DNA of 64,000 nt from contig OX597832.1 in the NCBI GenBank assembly GCA_951406725.2, forward strand, positions 68,386,001 to 68,450,000, read 5' to 3'. Source of the DNA: Octopus vulgaris. Its lineage: Eukaryota. The notes beneath the pieces were generated by a model that had not been told where the DNA came from, did not search any database, and worked only from the letters and a program-made list of their open reading frames with translations. The position numbers and the translations under genes are program-made. Positions within the stretch are counted from its first letter, which is position 1; each line of letters opens with the position of its first letter. This document shows positions 12,590-24,830 of the stretch, one piece after another.

Positions 12590-12970
12590 GCACAGTATGG
12601 CTGAATAGTTAAGACATTCGTTTTACAACCATGAGGGTTCACGTTCGACTCTACTCTGTGGCTTCTATTTCCATGGGAAAATGTCATTTTCGGCATCTCT
12701 ACGGCAACCCATGAAATTGGGGAGATGGAAATTGCGTAAAAGTCCGCCGGGTGAATTCTACCCGTGATTAAATGTATGGCCTTGTCACACAAAGCGTGTA
12801 AAACACATCATGTCACGCACATCATGTCACATTGATCCTCCCTGAGAATTACTTTAAGAGTAACACGTAGCTACAGAATGTTCTGCTACTTGGCAACTAA
12901 CCCATTAAATGAGAAGCAAGTAATACAGATGAGCGTACAAATGAATCCACGCCGTCAAACAACGGGGATC
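12590..12970 (+). mobile_element. Old tRNA-derived SINE
   Basis: A-box-like tggctgaatagtt and B-box-like gttcgactc at tRNA spacing, followed by a body resembling the decayed family A central region. Confidence 0.5.
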
Positions 12971-13655
12971 CACCACTGCCGTATAGAGTTGAGTCCTTTA
13001 ACTATTTCTATAGAATTGCAGAATAATTGGATAATCCTTAAAATGACTGTAAAATCTACTTCGTCCATAAAAAAATTCGTACAAATTGCAGGTAAGATAC
13101 AATGGAGTACGTTGATAAGCGATCCATTAAATTATAATTATACAGAATTAAATTTTTTTACAAATCCCAACTAATTGAGGTAAAACATTTCTAAATCTGT
13201 AAAAATTAGAGAAATACAATGTTTTTTAATCTCATAAATATATTTAAATTTACAATGATAACACTTTTCAGAAACAAAACTTTTAAACAGACGCTAATTT
13301 AAATAATGTTGTTGTCTTCATTAGCGGAGATAAGTGTTGCAAAGTCTGTTGTGTTGAAAGTTACTAGAGCGACAGATAAGAGAGAATGTTAGAGGGCTTG
13401 TTGCATTAAGTAGATTTTTCAAACTGAATGACAAGATATGGAGTTAAATCTTTAAAACCATTGCCTTAGTTGGTTCTTTAAAGCACAACTTAGAAGAAAA
13501 AATAAGAAAGAAAAACAAAACACAAGAGATATTTTCGACGTTTCATTCCAGAATTACTCGAAAAAGAAATGCATGAAGAATGATACACCATTAGTTCACA
13601 AGATTTCTTGTAAAGTTGAAAGTGGGAAAACATACTTCAGCGAAAATAGAAACCC

Positions 13656-13727
13656 TGACGCATCTTCCACTATGGTATAGCTTGCGGTGTGAGTTATGCA
13701 GACCATATAAGGCGGCGGCCTTATGTG
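13656..13727. promoter_or_regulatory. Candidate cis-regulatory cluster: CRE-like TGACGCA plus consensus CArG box CCATATAAGG
   Basis: TGACGCA at 13656-13662 and CC(A/T)6GG at 13703-13712 within a CpG-containing patch. Motif match only. Confidence 0.3.
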
Positions 13728-13824
13728 CGCGTGTTTACTGCAGTCTATGGTTTGCTATGTTTCAAGAAGGAGAGATTTCTGTTACAGGTCAGTCATTTAA
13801 TATATGCATGTCGCTGTAGTTACC

Positions 13825-14140
13825 TAAACCCTTCGTTCCTTATGGAGCATTGACCATCGACGATTTTTTCTGCTATTCTCGACTCAGGGCTGTCCTCTAC
13901 CAGGTGTTGTTAGTATTGAATCGTCATTGATGTTTCTCTAACTTTGCTTTCATTTAAGTAGGGGTGTTGGCCCCTACATAAACTCATTTTTATCTCCGAG
14001 AAGAGGTTGTCCGTAACAGCCTAGCCTCTCAGCTTTGACCTGTCCAACATGAAAGGCCCTACAAGGAGTTTGACCTTCATTGCTATAGCTCTCCTGATTA
14101 CTGAGGCACAAAGGCTGTCAAACCGCAACAAGGGCAGGAC
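13825..14140 (-). mobile_element. Short RTE-derived non-autonomous element (5' UTR joined to 3' end)
   Basis: Minus strand ccttgttgcgg..gtgcctcagtaatcaggagagctat..ctccttgtagggcc..catgttggacaggtcaaag..ggggccaacacccc follows the RTE 5' UTR pattern I recognise. It ends gtcgatggtcaatgctccataaggaacgaag, like RTE 3' ends. No ORF lies between. Confidence 0.5.
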
Positions 14141-14659
14141 TTTGTAGTGGATGCTTGTTGTAGATGAAGGTATCCTATATTCAAGGAATATGGCTACTAC
14201 ACAAGGCAACATGTACGAGCATTCAGCTACTACACAAGGCAACCATTTTATATACATGTCCGTTGTAATCACAAGTATGTTATGTCAGGAAGGTAGCTGC
14301 CAAAATGACAATCACTCAGAGTGACCAGATTCCACCTTATGCCACTGACCAACTGGATGCAGTGGACTCTTATAAATTCACATCACCTTAGTAACTTCGG
14401 TGTGTGTTTATTTGTGTTTACTGGTGTTTCATGATCGGTTTCTTTCTTAATTAACATTAGACTCGCTGCCAATGCTTTGAAGCAGGTATTATCATAATGG
14501 GTGGCTTCTGCAGTAACGTCGAGAAATTTCACTCAAACTGCAACGCGCCGGAGGAAACGTTCCATGGAATCTCATCTGCCAATCCCACTCTAATGAATCC
14601 ATTGCTCTGGACTTATCTTTACCTCAAAATCCCAATGCCTGACTTTTACGAAGAACCCC

Positions 14660-15050
14660 TCACAAATTCCGTTGAGTTCAACTTTGCTTTTCATCTATCT
14701 GGGATCGATAAAATAAAATATCAATTGAGTATTTGGGTCAATGGCATTGACCACTCCCCTTCCTCTCTAAATTGTTGCCTTTGTGCCTAAATCCCCCCAC
14801 TCCATTTTTTTGTCTTTCATCATTTCGAGGTTGATAAAACAAACAACAATCAAGTACTGGAATCAATGTATTAGACTCATACGTCCCCTTAAAATTGCTG
14901 GCCTTGTGCAAAACTTTGAAAGAGCGTCGAACAAAATGTTCAGCGGCATTTCCTCAGGCTCTTTTCGTTCTGAGTTCAAATACCACTGAAGTTGACCTTG
15001 CACTTCACCCTTTCGGGATCGATAAAATAAAGTTGAGCATACGAGACCTT
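14660..15050 (+). mobile_element. Cluster of three partial SINE family B copies
   Basis: Repeated core gagttcaaat..gactttgcctttcatcctttcggggtcgataaa..aagtac..aaattgctggccttgtgc. Confidence 0.75.
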
Positions 15051-17412
15051 GTAAATAAATTAGAAACAATTATTATCAATACTTGCAACAGCAGCATTAG
15101 TAACACTGGTGGTAGTAGTGGTGGTGGTGGTGTTTGTAGTAGTAGTAGCAGTAGTGTTTAATCTCAGTTTTCCTCAGACCCTGCAGACCTATGACAAAAT
15201 ATTTACATTTCCATTGCCCTATTTTTCCTTTAGACATTGATATAACCGATGGGTACTTTTTGGCTGTTATGTCTAGCCGAATGGTAGACCGATTAGATGA
15301 TTTCTTTATCGACTGGTAGTGTCTCCCTCGCTGTTACGTCATGAATATTTAATTAATTAAGGCGTGAAAAGAAATTAAAGGAACAAGAAGCCTATTCCTA
15401 CATAAAACATCTTTAATTATTCAATAAAGAATTTCGGAATGATTTTATTTGCAAAAATTCGTGTGAACATTTAAATGGTTAACAAATAGCAAAGGACTTA
15501 TTCGTATTGATAATAAAGCAGACACTGTTATAAACTGATTATGTGGAAAGCCTCTGATAATTACTAAAAGATAGCAGATATTTAAATATGAATGCAGAAT
15601 TACAAGTCAAGTAATGCTACTGAATAAGCATGTTCTTTTGTTTTGATTTTTGTATTTTTGCTTCAAATCACTTTTGGTTTCTACTATCTCGCCATTCAGA
15701 TCAGCTGAATGGGTAATGTGTGGTAGGACTAGCTTTTAAGAATCTTTCAGTGTGGGTGTGCATGTCGAAGACGGAGAGAGGTGGGCCATTTTATTTAAGT
15801 TATATATCTTTCTAACGTTAAATATCTTTTTAAGTCAAATATTTTTTCAAATAAAATATTTATTTTCCTGATTACGTCATTCAAATAGAACGAAATTTAA
15901 TGGAAAACAAAAATGGCATGAAATTCAATAAGCCAAAACAAAGGAAGAAAAGAGTTAAAAGCTCGGAAACTCATTAATATAGAAATTATAAAATTATTGT
16001 TTCTAATAAAATATATGAAAATGTAAAAAAGAAAATATTATGTTAAAAGAGTGGTAAATGACGGAACCAGTAGAGTCTTTAGCGATACACACTGGCTTCT
16101 GAGTTCAAATCACGCAGAAATAATCTTTCATAGTTATTGTTCTATGATTAATAAACTGATGAATCATTAAAGTCCTTAGCACAATATAATGGACAATTTC
16201 CCCCTAATGACAACCACACCAGAAGTTCATAAATTTTTGTTATCAAAATTCCAACTTGCCGTAGGGTTCTGCAAACTCTATGTAATACCACAGGAAACTT
16301 CAAAGAACGCCAATGCTCAGTTTCCCTGGACGTATATAAATGGTCTCTTCCATTGATTGGACAACAAAAATGGGCAGCTTAAATGAGTTAAATGCCATTG
16401 AAACATTTCTTCAAGACGCAAAGTGAAAGGTACATTGCCAGAGTTTAGGCGTATGCGCTAAGACTCACGGAATATAAGCTATTTAATGGGACCGGTTGAT
16501 AGAGTCACGATGTAACAAACCGCCGACAGTAATTTACTTACTACACAATGGATCTGCCACAACGTAAAAGATAGTCATATAAAAGTAAACATTCAATTAT
16601 ACATTATGACTAAAACTTTATCAACATTAGTCCCAGCCTCCTTCTTTGCCTGAACTTCATACATATGATACTGAACGGCATAAAAACATCATCTTTGGTT
16701 TTTAATCGTTTTTTTTCCATCTGAATAGATAAAACATCCTATGTTCTGCGATTGGCTATTTAAGAAATGAATGTGTAACTCATCTTCAAAGAGTTTTTTT
16801 TTTCCGGTAATCAATTAAATGCCAGTATACTTTTAATTAATTGTTTGTCGCTATTTTTTTCCTTATATGTTGCAGGTCTGCTTTTCTACTTCATTTGTAT
16901 GAATAATCGGTATCGTGAAACTCAAAACTAACTTCTGAAGAAATTGCAACTTTCCACAGAAAGATACACATACACTCATGTGCATAGAACACAATACAAT
17001 ATGCATACATATATACATGTCTGCATATATACTTCCACACATGCATGCATACAAGCATACGTGCACACATGTATACATACATACATTTGCATGTATATAA
17101 ACACCTAATTATACATTCGTATACAATAACTTCATTCAACATTTAATCTCACGGAATTTAATAGGCGAATCAGTGTTTTACATTTTTGAAGATGTGAGAC
17201 GAGATATTTGTGTAGATGTATGTACGTGTGTATCCGCGTGTGTTTATCTGTGCATTTGTATCTGCACGTATGTATGTGCTTGTGAGTGTGTAGTTTAGAC
17301 TTCGAGTAAAAATTCTGAAAATCTATATTCATTTTGTCGAATTTGAAGGAGGAACTAATTTCTGTAAAATTGATCAGCAGCATGACCGAATTTCAAATTC
17401 AGAACAACTTAC

Positions 17413-17460
17413 CAGGTTCTATTTAATTTTGTTTCCTTCCCATATAAGTTGCTTTCCCAC
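17413..17460 (-). other. Candidate 48-nt exon
   Basis: Acceptor aatgttttgttag|G and consensus donor CTG|gtaagt. One open frame (WESNLYGKETKLNRT), symmetric phase 2. Confidence 0.28.
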
Positions 17461-18192
17461 CTAACAAAACATTATTTTCATACCTATTGTCGTCGAAGAC
17501 GACGCCAAACCAATAAATACCAGAAATAAATTGAGACAAAAGACAAAACATAGATGGAGTCCATACATTAAACAGTATGGGATTTGCAAAGAGTAAATAT
17601 TACATAACATTCTAAATGCAACTGGTTATTGTATAATTCGGTTACATACGGAGAATAGGAGACTGGTGACCGAGAAAATCTAGTGGACAATGGCTTTCTC
17701 TGCAATTTTATAAAGTTGTGATGCAATGTCTTGACTATACTTATCTCATTTTAACATTACAAAATGTGCGTGCGTATGTATGAGTATCAATCTATCTATT
17801 TATCTATCTATCTAGCTAGCTGGCTATCTATCTCTACCTATATATAACTGTATGTTATATAGTTATAAAACAATTTCATATTAAACTAACGGATTTCTCA
17901 ATATTATTTGTAGAGTATGTATTTATTATTATTGTTGTATCTAGGAATGGTCATTTTACAAGATTAACGTTCACAGTCGCTTCATCGGTTCGATGAAAGC
18001 TAAGCAGACCGAAACTTCGAAGTCACTACCAGCACTATTCTTGTAAAAGAATTATTCATACACAAACACACACACGCATACATACATACATACATACATA
18101 CGTACATACATACATAAATACATACATACATACATACATACATACGTACGTACGTACGTACGTACGTACGTACGTACGTATGTATGTATATG

Positions 18193-18447
18193 TTAAATGA
18201 AATGAGACAACAAACCCAAGGCTGTGAGGAATTTCCAGGACATCTATAAAAAGAAAGTTAGTCTTACAGCTGTTTCTGGGATATGAGGGATATCCCTTCA
18301 TCAGAGACAAAGTGCGATGGTTAAATAGAGGGAAGTATTAGAGTTCAATATGAGGAGTTATTTTGGAAAGGGAAGCAAATAAGGAGTATATAGGGACATA
18401 GGAGAATGAATATAGAAATAAAAATAAAAATACATAAAGATGTTACA
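18193..18447 (-). mobile_element. About 250-bp ORF-less hammerhead cassette, copy 2
   Basis: Homologous to 10585-10835; lies between (TACA)n/(TACG)n and (TA)n arrays. Confidence 0.78.
18261..18308 (-). ncRNA. Minimal type I hammerhead ribozyme
   Basis: GUCU-CUGAUGA-A-GGGAUAU-cccuc-AUAUCCC-A-GAAA-C-AGCU-G-UA-AGAC: perfect 4-bp stem I, intact core, palindromic stem III. Confidence 0.78.
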
Positions 18448-18458
18448 TACATATGTAT

Positions 18459-18499
<41 letters not shown>

Positions 18500-18501
<2 letters not shown>

Positions 18502-18925
18502 TGCAGTCGTATGTGTATGGTAGAACGCTCGCTTACCAACCACATGATTCCGGGTTCAGTCCCCCTGCATGGAACCTTGGGCAAGTGTCTTCTACTATAG
18601 CCTCGGGCAGACCCAAAGCCTTGTAAGTGGATTTGGTAGACGGAAACTAAAAGAAGTCCGTCGTATATGTACGTGTGTGTGTGTGTGTGTGTGTGTCATT
18701 GTGTCTGCGTTTCTCCCTCTCCCCCACCGCGTCACAGATTCACAACCATTATTCGTGTGTTTGCGTCTTCATAACGTAGCAGTTCGGCAGAAAGACCGAT
18801 AGAATTAGTACTAGGCTTTTAAAAAGAATAAGCCCTGGGTTTGATTTGCTTGACTAAAACCCTTAAAGGTGGTGCTCCAGCATGGGCGCAGTCAAAGGGC
18901 TGAAACAAATAAAAGAATAAAAGAA
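18500..18925 (+). mobile_element. SINE family A (tRNA head, CORE-like accttgggcaagt, internal (TG)n, tail ending aaaagaataaaag)
   Basis: Collinear with 56569-56980 and with the reverse copy 31061-31483. Confidence 0.9.
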
Positions 18926-19129
18926 GTTATATAGATTGATCAGGTGAGCTTACCAAGATTGCTGGTTGGATATGAAAAGCAGACATTTCATCAACCGATG
19001 ACGTAGATAAGTCACGTGATAAAGAACAAAGGACGAGGGCTGCTGATGAAAGGAACATTTTAGGACCATCAGTGTTAGATTGGTTTGTTTTTGTTATAAT
19101 TGTGGTGGTTTGGTAGAATCTTTTGTGGG

Positions 19130-19760
19130 TCAAATAAAATACTTTCCGGTATTTAATTTTGGTAGATTACGTCCTGGGTTCTATTCCCGCTGAAGTCATC
19201 TTTGACTTTCAATCCTCCAGGGTCGATAAAGAACCAATTGCGTGCCACTTACACACCCTTTGCCGCCTTCAAATTTTTGACCGTATTGCAGAATAAGGAA
19301 CTGTTATTATTACAGTGGTTGATCGGGAGGCTCGTTGGAACATCGAACAAAATCTGTAGTTCCAGTTCAGATCTTTACATTCTGAGTTCAAATCCTGTTG
19401 AGATCGTCTTCGTTTTCTTTCCTTTTTCAATCGAAAAAAAGAAAAGGTTAGGTAAACGGATTAACTGATTTAGTTCAAACTTCTTCCTCAAAATTTCTTG
19501 CCATGGGCTTAATTTTGAAAGTATTAGTGTTATTATTTGTTAAGGCGGTGAACTTGCAGAGTTGTTAGCATGCTGGACAAACTGCTTGGAGGCATTTCGT
19601 CCGTCTTTTACGTTCTCAGTTCAAACTCCATGAAGATCGACTTTGCTTTCCTTCCTTTCGGGGTCGATGAAATGAATACCAGTGGAGCACTGGGGTCGAG
19701 GTAATTGACTACACCCTCCCATAAAACTTCTGCCTCTGTGCTTACAGTAGAAAAGATTGT
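19130..19760 (+). mobile_element. Three tandem SINE family B copies
   Basis: Best copy 19542-19760: aaggcggtgaacttgcagagttgttagc..gttcaaactcc..gactttgctttccttcctttcggggtcgat. Confidence 0.8.
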
Positions 19761-20999
19761 GGTTGTCACTGCTGTTCAGCCTTAGCTCAATCCTGATTGA
19801 ACCAGAGTTATGATCAAAAGCGTTCCAGGTTTCATCAATACTTCTTTGAAGCATTGTGTATCTAAGATGGCATTACACGATGTGCTGTTGGTTTTTAAAC
19901 CTAAAGATGTGTGACGTCGAAATATCCACGGTTCCTTATCAGTCCATTCCGACTTTAGGGCACCAATTTTTGCCATGAGTCAAGAACAAAGAAAAACAAG
20001 GGGAAGATTACAAAGAATTGAGAGAAGAAGAGATATGCTGCGTTACGTAATTCTTCAAGAAAAGATACCAGCATCGAAAATTGATCCTATGTGAACAGGT
20101 TGATGGTGATAGTGTGGAAAATGTCGATGACGGAAACAGCAACGAATGCGATGACGGAGACAACGATAGAGACGATGATGACGATGTTGATGGTGACGAT
20201 GATGATGATGATGATGATGATTATGATGTTGATGACGATGAGAAGAAATAAGCTAGTGATGAGTGAAAGTTGACACTGTTCCTTCTTTCTTCTATGCAAG
20301 TAGATGCAAGTACACTCACACTTACACTGGTGTTTGCCATAGTGGGGCGGGGGGGGGGCGATAGAAATATAAATTAGGATTATATCCATAGGGATCAATG
20401 CCATGAAATGCTGATCAAAGCAACGGATATATCGATCCTCTTCCATGCATTGCAAGACATAAATAGCTTTTAATTGCGTCACATATTTCCGGTGTCGATA
20501 AAACTTTGTACAAATCAAAGAATGAAATCAATCGAATCAAACGATTTCCTCACAAAGTGTGGGTTACGTACAAATCGTGAAATAATAAATATTAATCAAA
20601 TACTTTGCAAAACACTAGAATGGCAGAATCGGTGAAGATCGCATGAAATGTCATCTAATATTTAGTTACGTTTCCTCGTATTCCGTGATCAAATCGCATT
20701 GGGATCGAAGCGGTGGATAACTTTTGATAAGTTGCAGGATTCCAGATTTGTTGTTAATTCTTCAACCTTTCTACCGGTTCCACTTTTGTGGTTCACAGCC
20801 ATTAGGAATCAACTGAGTAAAGTGGTAGAGGTGCCAGTAGACCGGGGTTAAGTAAACAATACTACAGAGCATCTTGACCAGGGGTTCTCAAACTGGGATC
20901 AATTTACCCTTAGGTCGTAAATTTGATTGTTCTAGATTTAAATACTTTTTAATTTTGAAAACATTCGTTGTGAACTGAATCTGAAGTCGGCCTATTTAC

Positions 21000-21038
21000 T
21001 ATTATTATTATTATTATTATTATTATCATTATTATTAT

Positions 21039-21116
<78 letters not shown>

Positions 21117-21135
21117 TAGCAGCAGCAGCAGCAGT
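21000..21135. repeat. (TAT)n(TAG)n(CAG)n compound microsatellite
   Basis: Visible directly. Confidence 0.95.
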
Positions 21136-21139
21136 AAAG

Positions 21140-21551
21140 TAGTATCTTCTCTTTATCCCAGGTTTTGTTGGAACTCCTGGAGTCTTGCATGCATAACGGC
21201 CTTGCTACCTGCAGCTATCTAATACTTCTCTGATTATTCTGGCCGTGCATGTCAAGGGGGCATTTGTAACAACTCTACTGGGCACTCTATTCCAATTGCC
21301 TTTATATTCCTCCTGGTTCCTTCTGATACTGTTGCCAAGGATCCGACAATATTTGGCACTAACTTCGCCTTCTTCATTTTCCATAGCCGGACTATTTCGT
21401 ACTTCAGAGGGTTGTATCTATCTATTTTTTCGCCTTCCTTCTTGGCTATTCGTGGGTTAAAGGGGCATGCAACATCAACTATATAGCAAATGTGGTGCAC
21501 CTTGTCCACCACCACTAGGTCTGGTCTGCTATGCTCTAGCAGCTGATCTGT
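21140..21551 (-). mobile_element. 5'-truncated R4/Dong-type non-LTR element (RLE domain plus 3' UTR) within TAA-type repeats
   Basis: TDQLLEHSRPDLVVVDK..YIVDVACPF..KEGEKIDRYNPLK..LWK..VP.IVGSL..TARIIREVL, with trinucleotide arrays on both sides. Confidence 0.88.
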
Positions 21552-22244
21552 TATTATTATTATTATTATTATCATCTTAAGTACTGTTGATTTTTCCCCA
21601 GTAATGTGTCTATTCTCTCTTAATACTCTCTAGTAGGTTCAAACATGAATATCTGATCGCTGATATTATTCGCTCTCGGAGAACATCTTCCTCCTTAAGG
21701 CAATATAATGTGTTTGTGACACATGATTTATATGTGTAAAGGGGACTTTGAGAGACTGCCACGTATTTTGACTTCATTGTGCATCTCTTCATTTGAATCT
21801 ACCAAGGACCATGGATCTTAGGAAAAATGGAAGCACAAGCTCATGTTTATAGGAATCTGTAATCAAATTATTAGTTGATGTATTCAGATGTCTGCCAACC
21901 AGATATTGATTCATGAGGTGCAGTGATTAGCATAGTTATGTTCAAATCTATCAGAACTTAGGAAAATTAATCAATCATTTATTGTTTAAACTTGAACTGG
22001 TCGTGATTTTTTTTGTTATTTCTTTTTATCAACCCCCAAAATAATTAAAAGTACAACTGACATAGGCTGGATTTGAACTGAGGCCATAAAATATCTAAAC
22101 AATTGCCATAAGGCAACCTAACCAGCTCTCGAATGATTCTGCTAAGCCACTGCCTTAAAATGGTAAACTAAAAAACTATAATTTGATATTAGTGATGGAA
22201 GCAGCATTATTTCAAAATAGTGTTCTGTACATATTACTTTTTAT

Positions 22245-22562
22245 TTTATTTTTATTTATGCGCCCTTTTCAAGCCTAGCCAGGATCATGGGTCAGTTTCC
22301 CAGTTTCTGTAGTGTATGTGTTGCCCCCAGTTGGACGGGATGCCAGTCCATTGCAGCATTACTCAAGAAACAGGAAGAAAGAGTGAGAGAAAGTTGGGGT
22401 GAAAGAGTACAACAGGGGTTGCCACCACCCCTTGCCTGAGCCTCGTGGAGCTTTAGGTGTTTTTGCTCAATAAACACACACAACAGCCAGTTTGGGAATC
22501 AAAACCGTGATCTTCCGACCGTGAGTCCGCTACCCTAACCACTGGGCCATTGTGCCTCCACA
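22245..22562 (-). mobile_element. tRNA-derived SINE family C, full length
   Basis: Minus strand starts gtggaggcacaatggcccagtggttaggg (A box) with a ggttttgattccc B-box-like motif. Body has gcaatggactggcatcccgtccaa; tail is A-rich aataaaaataaaataaaaag. Confidence 0.8.
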
Positions 22563-23331
22563 CATTACCTTACAGGGATATACTGTAGAAAGCCACACGT
22601 CTGTAATATTCGACTTGACAAAGCATCTTATACAGATTTACAGTGTTAAAAAGCAGAGAAACAAACAAAAACCATTGAGGGAGAATTGCTAAATTATGAT
22701 TTCCATGTCCTAGTATGGCATCTCCTATCTCCTGAATGCTTAGACAAATTAAGTTTCAAATGATGTAGAAAAACAGTGATTAAGAAATCAAAAGTTCCAT
22801 AAATAGCCAGAAGGCTGGGTAAAAATTCAATATTAGTGACAGAAGCACAATAAATTCAAAATAGCATTCTATATATCATACTGTGGACATAGAAAGCAAC
22901 AGAAAGTGCAGTTTCCATGGGTTCACAAGACAATAAGTCAGAAGCAACCTTTTATAGAGAAGTATATTGGCAACTCTTATACTTTCCAATAAGATAAAGG
23001 AATTGACTGCTAACTTCTTCCTAAGGTTTCTTTCATTTCAAATTTTAATACCATTATTCATTTGTTATATATTATTTATTTTTGCAATATCTACAGATTC
23101 TTTTTTTTTTTTAATTTTTTTGCTTCCTATTTTTAAAATGTATCCACTTTTCTTTCTTTTTTTTTTTCAATAGGGGCACGCTGCCAATCTGATAAGAAAT
23201 TGTGCTCCCCAATTCTCCAAATGAATAAACAATAATTGGGTGTGAATACAATCTAATGACAGCCTTCTGTAACCACTTTTACACTTTTCATTTTGTTTCA
23301 CCTTCTTCTAATTCTTTTTCTATTTCATTTA

Positions 23332-23387
<56 letters not shown>

Positions 23388-23388
<1 letters not shown>

Positions 23389-23922
23389 GACATCAGATAG
23401 TTCCAGGCAAATTTCTACTGCAACACCTGCTACACCTCCGTGTTACTGAGGTGTGATCAAAATTGTGTGTTCTACTTTTTTGTTGCTTTTTTTTTACTTT
23501 TTTTCTTGGTAGAGTATAAACTTTTCCTAATATTGTATTGCATCAGTTTGTTGGGCTTTGGCTTTGAGGTTTTGGCTGCATTACTGCCTGTATTGTGTGT
23601 TGTGTGTGTAATGCAAGTTGTGTTCTTTTGATGAATACTCGACCAGGAGAGTACATCATGTGAAGCCTGTTTATTTCAAAGCATATTTACTCTACAGAGT
23701 GTTTCATGTTTGTAGATTGTTTTATTATTTGTGTTGTACAACTTAAATGACAATATCTTGCATAGGATACACCCTCCTCCTAGCGGCCCTACTTTTTGAA
23801 TAGTATTGAGGGTCCAGGTTAAGCCTATATAATTTTCATTCATACCCTTTTTTTTATCATACCCAACGCTCCAGTTATTAGGGTAGTGTTTTCATCTTCA
23901 TGCCCTACAACTTGAATATTTT
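23388..23922 (-). mobile_element. Extreme 3' end of an RLE-type non-LTR element in a (TAA)n array
   Basis: Minus strand reads KL*GMKMKT..ITGALGMIKK, the RLE C-terminal GALG motif, followed by a non-coding tail. (TAT)n lies on both flanks. Confidence 0.6.
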
Positions 23923-23963
23923 ATCATTATTATTATCATTATTATTATTATGATTATTATTAT

Positions 23964-24505
23964 TGAGTGAGAAACCAATGCATGCCATCAAAGTGACACT
24001 GAGGTAAAATATACAAAGCCCAGTATACCCATCATAACTAAACATCTGATAAGGATATACCAGGCATATGCATCACAACCATATGTGCGAGACATGGTGA
24101 TCTCATATCAAGATAAATGTCACTTGACTTTGTAGGTGGGACCCAGCTAGAATTTTCTTCAGGTCGAGTAGCCCATCCCACTCAAATGGTGCCTGAATAA
24201 GGGTTGTTTAAGCATTTTGAACAAAACATCCATGTTTCCAGAGGTGAATTATCCAAACCCCAAAGAATTCCTCTCACCACATGGCTATGAGGCTCCCCAA
24301 CCACTTCTGCTTGTAATCAGAAATGCACATATCGTCAGCAACTAAGGGACATGCTCAAATAGTTAAGATCAAACGACTGACAAGCAAATCTGTGGTATTG
24401 AGTAGAATATTTACTGTAGCCAACCTTTTATACCAAGACAAACACTTCCAATCAGTTAAGATCAGAAACCACGATAGCTACTGCCTAGTACTGCATCAGG
24501 GCATT
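23964..24505. repeat. Unclassified non-coding insertion of about 540 bp bounded by (TAT)n
   Basis: Sharp composition change at both TAT-array boundaries and no coding motif. It resembles an octopus repeat I recall, but only one copy is in this window. Confidence 0.45.
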
Positions 24506-24534
24506 TATTATTATGATGGTCATCATCATTATTT

Positions 24535-24830
24535 GCCTTTTGTCCTTTCGGGGTCGATAAATTAAGTTCCAATGAAACACTTGGGTCAATGTAATTGACT
24601 AGTTCCCTCCTCTCAAATTCCAGGCCTTTTTGTGCCTATAGTAGAAATGATTATTATTATTATTATTATCATTATTATTATTTTCTGAGTTCAAATTCTG
24701 CCAAGGGTGACTTTGCCTTTCATTCATTTAGGAAGGATAAATTAAGTACCAGTTGAGCACTGAGGCTGATGTAATCAACCTACCCTTCCACTGTAATTGC
24801 TGGCCTTGTGCTAAAACTTGAAACCACTAC
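24535..24830 (+). mobile_element. Two partial SINE family B copies
   Basis: ttgccttttgtcctttcggggtcgataaattaag.. and ttctgagttcaaattctgcc..gctggccttgtgc. Confidence 0.8.

Noticed and set aside
14193-14243. 18-bp direct repeat gctactacacaaggcaac
   Set aside because: Simple local duplication with no enclosed element.
20879-20930. hAT-like terminus CAGGGGTTCTCAAACT
   Set aside because: No matching second TIR or 8-bp target-site duplication found.
24440-24505. Possible 5S rRNA-derived head or hammerhead (ctgatgc) on the minus strand
   Set aside because: Similarity to 5S is too short, and the motif is not CUGANGA with a paired GAAA.
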